NCBI GenBank assembly: GCA_964641245.1
Contig: CAZXML010000004.1
Location: 5,418 to 69,417, forward strand
Direction: 5' to 3'
DNA length: 64,000 nt
Origin: an uncultured Gammaproteobacteria bacterium
GTDB taxonomy: Bacteria > Patescibacteriota > Patescibacteriia > Magasanikbacterales > GWA2-37-8
This document shows, in pieces, positions 39,400-46,759 of the stretch. Position numbers and translations under genes: made by a program. How positions within the stretch are numbered: position 1 is the first letter of the stretch; each line of letters starts with the position of its first letter. The notes beneath the pieces were generated by a model that worked only from the letters and a program-made list of their open reading frames with translations, did no database searches and was not told the DNA's origin.

Positions 39400-39831
39400 A
39401 TGTTCATCGGTGAATATAGCCATAGCATTGACGAAAAAGGAAGAATGGCCATACCGGTCAAATTTAGGCACGACCTAAAAAACGGCGCGGTTGTCACCCG
39501 CGGTTTGGATAATTGTTTATTTATCTACACCAAAAGCGAGTGGGCAAAGGTGGCAGAAAAATACGCCAACTTGCCAATCGCGCAAGCCAACAGCCGGGCG
39601 TTTTCCCGTTTAATGCTGGCCGGCGCCATGGATGTAGAATTGGACAAACAAGGAAGAATAATGTTGCCGGAATATTTGCGCGAGTTTGCGACTGTAAAAA
39701 AGAATGTGGTAATCGCCGGACTTTATAGCCGATTAGAAATTTGGGATGAGGAAGTTTGGAATAAGTATAAAGGTCAAACCGAAGCCGAAAGCGGCGCGAT
39801 TGCGGAGAAGATGTCAGAGCTCGGTGTATAG
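39400..39831 (+). CDS. mraZ: Division/cell wall cluster repressor MraZ
   Basis: MFIGEYSHSIDEKGR and DKQGRI..LEIW motifs. Confidence 0.97.
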   Translation: MFIGEYSHSIDEKGRMAIPVKFRHDLKNGAVVTRGLDNCLFIYTKSEWAKVAEKYANLPIAQANSRAFSRLMLAGAMDVELDKQGRIMLPEYLREFATVKKNVVIAGLYSRLEIWDEEVWNKYKGQTEAESGAIAEKMSELGV

Positions 39832-39914
39832 AAATTACGAAATAAAGAAATTAAGAAATTAATTTCCGTGAGATCACTCAAGAGACCGAACAAATTTCCC
39901 AATTTCTTAATTTC
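39831..39914. repeat. Family C inverted octamer array (empty copy)
   Basis: GAAATTAC GAAATAAA GAAATTAA GAAATTAA .. AAATTTCC CAATTTCT TAATTTC. Confidence 0.8.
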
Positions 39915-39927
39915 ATTATCATGCATT

Positions 39928-40896
39928 ATGCGTCACGAACCTGTGTTGCTGAAAGAAATTCTAGAATTGTTTGATCTTAAACCCAATGATAATGTTGTTG
40001 ATTGTACTTTGGGTGATGCGGGACACAGTGAAGCGATGCTGGAAAAAATTGCGCCTAAAGGAAAATTGTTGGGTATAGATCTGGATATGGAAGCGGTGTT
40101 GCGGGCGAAAAGATTTTTGTATCGTTTCGGAGATAAAGCCATAATTGTCAGAAATAATTTTACTAATTTAAAAAAAATAACAGATGAATCAAATTTCGGT
40201 CCGGTAAACGCAATTCTGATGGACTTGGGCTGGTCGTCTCCACAATTCGCAGAGAGGGGGAGAGGATTCAGTTTTCAGACGGACGAGCCACTAGACATGC
40301 GATATGACGCCTCTTGTCATTCTGAACGAAGTGAAGAATCCCTTAACAACGGAGAGGGATCCTTCGTTCCACTCAGGATGACAACACAAACGGCCGCCGA
40401 CGTTGTGAACATTTACAGCGAACAGGAATTGGCGGGAATTTTAAAAAACTTTGGCGAGGAAAATTTGAGTAAAGAGATAGCCGAAGCAATTGTTGGTTTC
40501 AGGAAGAATAAAAAATTGGAAAAAACAGGGGAGTTGGCGGAAATAATTTTACAGGTTTATCGGACAAAATTACATTCCGATAAAGCCATTCCCTGGATAG
40601 GCGGTTTGCATCCGGCCACAAAAGTTTTTCAAGCGCTACGAATGGAAGTAAATCACGAATTGGATAATTTAAAATTGGCGTTGCCTCAAGCCGTAGATGT
40701 ATTGGCAACAGGCGGGCGCCTCGCGGTCATTACATTTCATTCGTTAGAAGACAGAATCGTAAAACATTTTTTTCAATCAATCGCGGGTAAAACAATTAAA
40801 TTAATAAATAAAAAACCAATCAGCGCGACCGATGAAGAAATAAAATTAAATCCCCGCAGTCGTAGCGCCAAATTACGGGTAGTGGAGAAAATTTAA
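39928..40896 (+). CDS. rsmH: 16S rRNA m4C1402 methyltransferase RsmH
   Basis: HEPVLL, DCTLG..GH, RGFSF, PLDMR, FHSLEDR and NPRSRSAKLR motifs. Confidence 0.97.
   Translation: MRHEPVLLKEILELFDLKPNDNVVDCTLGDAGHSEAMLEKIAPKGKLLGIDLDMEAVLRAKRFLYRFGDKAIIVRNNFTNLKKITDESNFGPVNAILMDLGWSSPQFAERGRGFSFQTDEPLDMRYDASCHSERSEESLNNGEGSFVPLRMTTQTAADVVNIYSEQELAGILKNFGEENLSKEIAEAIVGFRKNKKLEKTGELAEIILQVYRTKLHSDKAIPWIGGLHPATKVFQALRMEVNHELDNLKLALPQAVDVLATGGRLAVITFHSLEDRIVKHFFQSIAGKTIKLINKKPISATDEEIKLNPRSRSAKLRVVEKI
40315..40383 (+). repeat. Family A element in frame inside rsmH
   Basis: 69 bp TGTCATTCTGAA..TCAGGATGACA = CHSERSEESLNNGEGSFVPLRMT. Confidence 0.85.
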
Positions 40897-40898
40897 AC

Positions 40899-40962
40899 TG
40901 TCATGCTGAATTTATTTCAGCATCTATGTCGTGACAGATCCTGAAACAAGTTCAGGATGACA
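40899..40962. repeat. Family A palindromic element
   Basis: TGTCATGCTGAATTTATTTCAGCATCT..AGATCCTGAAACAAGTTCAGGATGACA. Confidence 0.9.
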
Positions 40963-41000
40963 ATCAATATTCATCATTCTTAATTCATAATTCAACCGTT

Positions 41001-41396
41001 GTGTCCCTAAAACGCCAAATCCAATTCCGTTACCAAGGCATGGTTCGCTCTCTGCAAACCATCTCTTTGCCTAAACAACTCACTTCCCACCGCCACGGCG
41101 GGGCCCCGCTTCATAGCGGTGGCAAAACCACCCGTTTGGCTTTATTTTCTATTATATTTTTATTTAGTTTCGCCTATATAATCAAAACCACCGCATCCGC
41201 CACCAGCGGTTACCAAATGCATGAACTGGAAAAACAAACTTCAGCCCTGGAAACCGAGGTACAAAAATTGCAGGTAGAAATTGCGGACAACAGTTCCATG
41301 AACAACATCCAATCCAGATTGGCCAAATTAAACATGATTGAGGCAAGCGGTATCAAATACTTCACGGTCAAGAATACAGAGGTTGCAAAGAAATAA
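41001..41396 (+). CDS. FtsL-like cell division protein
   Basis: Follows rsmH; single TM plus coiled coil (ATSGYQMHELEKQ..LNM). Confidence 0.65.
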   Translation: MSLKRQIQFRYQGMVRSLQTISLPKQLTSHRHGGAPLHSGGKTTRLALFSIIFLFSFAYIIKTTASATSGYQMHELEKQTSALETEVQKLQVEIADNSSMNNIQSRLAKLNMIEASGIKYFTVKNTEVAKK

Positions 41397-41544
41397 ATTT
41401 AATAATGTCAAAACTCTCCCGATCGGGGGAGCGTAGGTATAGACAAATAAAATAACCTGTGGTACCATTACAACGTCGCGTTTCAATGGTCGTTACGCTG
41501 CGTCATTTAGTCAAATCAAATTTAATTAATTTAATAAACAATTT

Positions 41545-41799
41545 ATGCCGAAAGCCAATTCCGCATTTATGAAGCCGATGACCATCAGCGACGAACTCGC
41601 TGTCGTCGTTGGTAAAGGTCCTATGCCACGTTCAGAGGTGGTAAAAAAACTCTGGGTTTATATCAAAAGCAAGAATTTGCAAGACCCAAACAAGAAACGG
41701 AACATCGTTGCTGACGAAGCATTGAAGGTTGTGTTTGGTGGTAAGGCTGTAGTAGACATGTTTGAAATGACAAAGCTCGTTTCCAAACACCTTTCCTAA
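41545..41799 (+). CDS. SWIB/MDM2 domain protein
   Basis: SDELAVVVG..RSEVVKKLWVYIK..LQDP..MFEMTKLVSKHL. Confidence 0.9.
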   Translation: MPKANSAFMKPMTISDELAVVVGKGPMPRSEVVKKLWVYIKSKNLQDPNKKRNIVADEALKVVFGGKAVVDMFEMTKLVSKHLS

Positions 41800-41850
41800 T
41801 TTTAAATCATAAAAAGCATGCTCTAGTGGCGTGCTTTTTAGTTTCTGCCC

Positions 41851-41879
41851 TTGACAGCAGGGCCTTTCTCTGCTATACT
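41851..41879 (+). promoter_or_regulatory. Near-consensus sigma70 promoter of the DEAD-box helicase
   Basis: TTGACA-17-TATACT with extended TG. Confidence 0.8.
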
Positions 41880-42026
41880 GACCAGTCTTAACAACTAGCC
41901 CCCAATTAAGGGCGGCTACGGACTCGCCCAGGTCATTCGACCGGGCGTCAGGTCGAATGACCTGACGAACCTCATTGTGTCATATTTAAGTGGCCTAGTA
42001 GGAATCGGGTCACTAAAATTTAACGT

Positions 42027-43316
42027 ATGACACCAAACATCCCATCCCAAGCCCGCTTTAGCGATCTTGGCATCTCGCCGAAACTTTTAGACAACCTGGA
42101 AAGGTTGAAATTTGTCGTTCCTACGCCTATTCAGCATCAGTGTATTCCCCAGGCTTTGCAAGGCAAAGACATTGTCGGTATTGCCCAAACCGGCACCGGC
42201 AAAACTTTGGCTTTCGGCATCCCAATGATACAAATTTTGTCTCAAATGCCGGGCAACGCCCAGGGTTTAATCTTGCTTCCTACCCGCGAATTGGCTTTGC
42301 AGGTAGATCAGGTTTTGCAAACAATCGGCCGTCCAATCGGTCTGCGCACCGCTGTGTTAATCGGTGGCGCTTCCGGTTTCGCGCAAAAACAAATGTTGCG
42401 TCGCGGTCCGCATATTATTGTGTCCACTCCTGGCAGATTAATGGATCACGTTGATCAAAAAAATCTTTCTTTAACCAACATGAAAATTGTGGTGCTGGAC
42501 GAAGCCGACCGCATGTTTGACATCGGTTTTATGCCGCAAATCAAACAAATTCTCGGGATGATTTCCCGTGACAGACAAACTTTAATGTTTTCCGCCACCA
42601 TGCCAAAAGCAATCGCGGAAATCGCCACCCGCTACATGAAAATTCCGCTTCGTATAGAAGTGGCTCCATCCGGAACATCCGCCAAAAACGTGGAACAGGA
42701 AATCTTTATTGTAAATAAGGATGCCAAGATGCAACTTCTGGATAAAATTTTAGCGGATAATCACGGTTCTGTTTTGCTTTTTTCACGCACAAAACACGGC
42801 GCCAAAAGAATCGCCAGCGGCATTCGCGCCATGGGCCACACCGCTTCCGAAATTCATTCCAACAAATCTTTGTCTCAACGCAAAATGGCTTTGGAAGGAT
42901 TTAAAACCGGCAAGCACCGCGTTCTTGTGGCTACGGATATCGCATCCCGCGGTATAGACGTCACCGGAATTTCTTTGGTAATAAATTATGATTTACCGGA
43001 TAACACCGAAGATTACGTTCACCGCATCGGCCGCACCGGCCGGGCCGAAAGTTTTGGCAAGGCAATCTCGTTTGCCACTCCGCAAGAATGGGTAGACATC
43101 CGCCACATAGAAAAACTAATCAAAAAATCAATTCCGGTACGACCATTACCCGTCTTACCGCCACGCCGGACAAATGTCGCCGAACACTATGAAGAAACTT
43201 CCGGGTATCAAGGTGGAGGCAGGGGCAGAAGCGGTGGCAAAGGCGGTTATCAAGGAGCAAGAAAACCTTATGGAGGTTCATCCGGAGGCAACAAAAATTT
43301 CCGCAGACGATATTAA
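42027..43316 (+). CDS. DEAD-box RNA helicase (RhlE-like)
   Basis: AQTGTGKT, PTRELA, DEAD, SAT and HRIGRTGR motifs; G/R-rich tail. Confidence 0.95.
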   Translation: MTPNIPSQARFSDLGISPKLLDNLERLKFVVPTPIQHQCIPQALQGKDIVGIAQTGTGKTLAFGIPMIQILSQMPGNAQGLILLPTRELALQVDQVLQTIGRPIGLRTAVLIGGASGFAQKQMLRRGPHIIVSTPGRLMDHVDQKNLSLTNMKIVVLDEADRMFDIGFMPQIKQILGMISRDRQTLMFSATMPKAIAEIATRYMKIPLRIEVAPSGTSAKNVEQEIFIVNKDAKMQLLDKILADNHGSVLLFSRTKHGAKRIASGIRAMGHTASEIHSNKSLSQRKMALEGFKTGKHRVLVATDIASRGIDVTGISLVINYDLPDNTEDYVHRIGRTGRAESFGKAISFATPQEWVDIRHIEKLIKKSIPVRPLPVLPPRRTNVAEHYEETSGYQGGGRGRSGGKGGYQGARKPYGGSSGGNKNFRRRY

Positions 43317-43381
43317 AAAATAAAAAAATGATCGCCCAAAAGGCGGTCATTTTTTGTTGTTTTAGGCCATTTTATTTGATA

Positions 43382-43410
43382 TTGACATAAGCCGTAATTT
43401 CACATACAAT
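43382..43410 (+). promoter_or_regulatory. Sigma70 promoter
   Basis: TTGACA-17-TACAAT, downstream of a terminator at about 43325-43355. Confidence 0.75.
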
Positions 43411-43437
43411 ATGAGCATAATTTTCTAATCGAAATAT

Positions 43438-43590
43438 ATGCCAGAAACTACCTCCGCATTTGAAGCCTATTTAAAGGATTTACAAAATAATACATTGCCT
43501 AAAAAAGGCAGGGTCGGCAAGCTGGCCACAGCGTTGGATGAATTGGCGGAAAAAGAAGAAGAGGAGCCGGAAGTTGATATCGCGGCTTAA
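43438..43590 (+). CDS. Small protein (50 aa), not in the ORF track
   Basis: MPETTSAFEAYLKDLQNNTLPKKGRVGKLATALDELAEKEEEEPEVDIAA, right after a consensus promoter. Confidence 0.6.
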   Translation: MPETTSAFEAYLKDLQNNTLPKKGRVGKLATALDELAEKEEEEPEVDIAA

Positions 43591-43596
43591 GAATAA

Positions 43597-43664
43597 TTAG
43601 CAATTAGCAACTAACAATTAACAAGTTGGTTGTCGATTGCTATTTGTTTATTGTTAGTTGCTAA
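43597..43664. repeat. Family C inverted heptamer array
   Basis: TTAGCAA TTAGCAA CTAACAA TTAACAA .. TTGCTAT TTGTTTA TTGTTAG TTGCTAA. Confidence 0.85.
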
Positions 43665-43672
43665 TTAATTTT

Positions 43673-44908
43673 ATGCAAAATTCAGATCCGTTTTCTATTG
43701 CGCTGGAACAATTAGAAAAAGTAAAAAAATTTATCAGCGTAGAGGAAAACATTTCTGAACAGCTTCAGGCCCCGCAAAAATTTTTGGAAGTATCAATTCC
43801 GGTCCGCATGGACAATGGCCATATTAAAGTATTTAAAGGTTTTCGTTCGCAATTTAATAATGCCCGAGGGCCATACAAAGGCGGCATCAGATTTCATCCT
43901 GGGGTAAACGAATCCGAAGTAAAAGCTCTAAGCATGTGGATGACCTGGAAAACCGCCGTGGTAGATATCCCGCTTGGCGGAGGCAAGGGCGGAGTGATTG
44001 TTAATCCCAAAGAATTAAGCGTTCCAGAATTGGAAAGATTATCCAGAGGTTATATTCAGGCAATATATAAATTTATCGGTCCGGAAAACGACGTGCCGGC
44101 GCCGGATGTTTACACCGACCCGCGCATAATGGGTTGGATGCTGGATGAATACGAAAAATTGGTCGGTCATCACGCGCCGGGTGTAATTACCGGAAAACCA
44201 TTAAGCATTGGCGGGTCAAAAGCCCGCGGTTATTCTACCGCGCAAGGCGGATTTTATGTGCTCGCAGACGCGGTAAAAAAATTAAACATTTCCAGTAAGA
44301 GAGTGGTCGTGCAGGGTTTTGGAAACGCGGGCGCGAATATGGCGGAAATTTTAAGTAAGAACAGTTATGCAATTATTGCCGTCAGTGATTCCAAGGGCGC
44401 CATCCAAAATCCAAACGGACTAGACATAACCGAACTTTTACAGCATAAAAATACCACCGGTTCAGTTTTAAATTTCAACGGCTCGCAAAATCTGGCCGAA
44501 AATATTCTGGAAATGGAAACCGACATTCTGGTTTTGGCGGCTTTAGAAAATTCCGTTACCGCAGACAACGCCGGAAAAATAAAAGCCAAATTAATTATAG
44601 AATTGGCCAACGGTCCCATCACTCCCGAAGCCGATAGTATTCTGGCAAACAATAAAATAGAAGTTGTGCCGGATATTTTAGCCAACGCCGGCGGAGTGGC
44701 CGTCAGTTATTTTGAACAAGTACAAAACGCCTATTCATATTACTGGACGGAAAAAGATGTTTTAGAAAAATTACAAACTTTAATGACATCCGCTTTTACC
44801 GAAGTCTGGAACAGAAAAGAAAAATACAATTGTGACATTAGAACCTCCGCTTATATTTTAGCCGTAGAAAGAGTCGCGAAGGCAATGCGGGATCGAGGGT
44901 GGAATTAA
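43673..44908 (+). CDS. gdhA: Glutamate dehydrogenase (Glu/Leu/Phe/Val family)
   Basis: GPYKGGIRFHP, GGGKGG, DVPAPD, QGFGNAG and NAGGV motifs. Confidence 0.93.
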   Translation: MQNSDPFSIALEQLEKVKKFISVEENISEQLQAPQKFLEVSIPVRMDNGHIKVFKGFRSQFNNARGPYKGGIRFHPGVNESEVKALSMWMTWKTAVVDIPLGGGKGGVIVNPKELSVPELERLSRGYIQAIYKFIGPENDVPAPDVYTDPRIMGWMLDEYEKLVGHHAPGVITGKPLSIGGSKARGYSTAQGGFYVLADAVKKLNISSKRVVVQGFGNAGANMAEILSKNSYAIIAVSDSKGAIQNPNGLDITELLQHKNTTGSVLNFNGSQNLAENILEMETDILVLAALENSVTADNAGKIKAKLIIELANGPITPEADSILANNKIEVVPDILANAGGVAVSYFEQVQNAYSYYWTEKDVLEKLQTLMTSAFTEVWNRKEKYNCDIRTSAYILAVERVAKAMRDRGWN

Positions 44909-44915
44909 CGAAACG

Positions 44916-45002
44916 ATGATTAAGAAATAAAAAGATGATTAGGAAATTAACGACAATGATTGGGAAATTAATTTCTTAATCATTTTTTTATTTCCTAATT
45001 AT
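44916..45002. repeat. Family C inverted array (empty copy)
   Basis: ATGATTAAGAAAT, ATGATTAGGAAATT, ATGATTGGGAAATT then AATTTCTTAATCAT, ATTTCCTAAT; matches the flanks of the 49028 gene. Confidence 0.8.
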
Positions 45003-45067
45003 TGTTGTTGGTAAGTTTGACATAAACCCCATACCAGTTTAAGCTAAATACTAGGAGGATAGTCGTC

Positions 45068-45904
45068 ATGAAAAATCGTGGTTTGGCAATGTTTTTTGTT
45101 GTCGCAGTTATTGGGCTGTGCGCAACCCAAGCTTCTGCCAAAAAGGCGAAGAAACATCGCGCTAGGAAGCCTGCCGGTTCGTGCGGTTTGTATCTTGATT
45201 GGAGATACCTGACCGGCAATTTCAGCAGCGAAAGCAGTAGCGATGAGTTTTATCGGCAGGGCTGGGGTTTTGGAGCAAAATGCAGCTACAATAACTACAG
45301 CAGACTAACTTTTGGGGTTGGCGCAGAAATCTACTCCGGAAGCCTTCAGCTCAATCACGCGAATGAATCCCTTGAAGGTTCTGTGTCGTATGTTGAGCTT
45401 GGTTTTAAGGAGTGGGTACGGGCGGTCTACGACTTTAACCATGTAAAAGTCGGCGCATTGGCCGGTATACAAAATGTCAACGGCGGTAGGTTCAAGATAA
45501 ATAGGATGCAAGTGGATTTTAGCGACAGGTGGTTTGACATTACCAAACTTGCTTCCGAGCACTTGACCAGCGTTGGCAGATTGGGAATCCTGGAAGCAGG
45601 ACTGGATGTGGAGTTCCCGCTTCCAAAAAGGCTTTCCATTACCTTTGGCGTGTTGTGGCAGAGGTACAACGTTTTCATGAGCATAAAAATTGACGATGAG
45701 GGTAAAGACATTCTTAATGCTCTGAATTATGACGTTGCGAATGTGGAAAGAGAACTGAAGAGTTCGCCAAACTTCTTCTATCTCAACCCTGGAGTGAAGT
45801 GGTGTGGCAAGCATTTTTGCTCATCACTGGTTGTTCCTTGGGGAGTATTTCAAGAGAAAAAATGGTCATGGGGACTCGCTCTCGGGACCGAGGTAAGATT
45901 TTAA
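45068..45904 (+). CDS. Secreted beta-strand-rich hypothetical protein with OMP-like C-terminus
   Basis: AGGAGG RBS, signal peptide, alternating beta strands, ends WGLALGTEVRF. Confidence 0.6.
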   Translation: MKNRGLAMFFVVAVIGLCATQASAKKAKKHRARKPAGSCGLYLDWRYLTGNFSSESSSDEFYRQGWGFGAKCSYNNYSRLTFGVGAEIYSGSLQLNHANESLEGSVSYVELGFKEWVRAVYDFNHVKVGALAGIQNVNGGRFKINRMQVDFSDRWFDITKLASEHLTSVGRLGILEAGLDVEFPLPKRLSITFGVLWQRYNVFMSIKIDDEGKDILNALNYDVANVERELKSSPNFFYLNPGVKWCGKHFCSSLVVPWGVFQEKKWSWGLALGTEVRF

Positions 45905-46066
45905 TTTTGGAATGGAAATTCTAATTTTCAAAAGCACATCAGCATGAACCGTACTTGACTTGACAAGACGGTTCTTTTTTATTTTATATGTGTTATAATA
46001 TTTTTGAAATTTCATTGGAAATTTCAAAAAATATTTCACTGTTTATTTCACTCACTCATTTCGAAT

Positions 46067-46615
46067 ATGGACCTAACTTTAATCCTCGGGCCGATGAAAA
46101 GCGGAAAATCTTTTGACTTAATAAGTTATTTTGCGCCGTTAAAATTCACCGATATCCCGCACATACTTTATCAGTCTAAACGCAATGTCCGCGACGAACA
46201 TATTTCTTCCCGCAACGGAGTAGTAATAGAAGCCAAAAAAGTTAGCGCCTTAAGCGAAGCTTTAGAAAACAATTTTACTATTGTCGGCATAGACGAACTG
46301 CATATGTTTGATCCCAAAGATGTGGCGGTCGTGGCCGAGTTATTAAAAAGGGGAGTAAAAGTGGTAGCCGCCGGACTGGATTTGGATTATCGGGGAAAAA
46401 TGTTTGATGTGGTAAAAGGACTTTTAGAGCTTGGTCCCAAAGAAGTTCGTTATAAAAGGGCTGTTTGCGAACTCTGCCGTCAACCCTCCGCTGTTTATTC
46501 CCAAGTATTTAGCAAAGGACTTCCTCTTACCGAAGGCATGCCCCCGGTAATTCCGGACGATGGCACCTTCACTTACCAGCCTGTCTGCCGCAATTGTTTT
46601 GTCACCGCCTCGTAG
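46067..46615 (+). CDS. tdk: Thymidine kinase
   Basis: GPMKSGKS, IDELH, AGLDLDYRG and zinc cysteines (AVCELC, PVCRNC). Confidence 0.9.
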   Translation: MDLTLILGPMKSGKSFDLISYFAPLKFTDIPHILYQSKRNVRDEHISSRNGVVIEAKKVSALSEALENNFTIVGIDELHMFDPKDVAVVAELLKRGVKVVAAGLDLDYRGKMFDVVKGLLELGPKEVRYKRAVCELCRQPSAVYSQVFSKGLPLTEGMPPVIPDDGTFTYQPVCRNCFVTAS

Positions 46616-46627
46616 TGGTGAATTGGC

Positions 46628-46670
46628 ATCCCTCGTCGTCCCGCTATGGCGGGCTTCGCTCGGGATGACA
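46628..46670 (-). repeat. Half family A2 element
   Basis: ATCCCTCGTCG..CCCGCTATGGCGGG..TTCGCTCGGGATGACA. Confidence 0.7.
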
Positions 46671-46759
46671 ATATACAAACACAACATATCCACAGTGCTG
46701 TTATCTGTAAATCATGGTATAATTTAGCGTAGAGAAGACAGGAAAAAACTTGAACCTTT

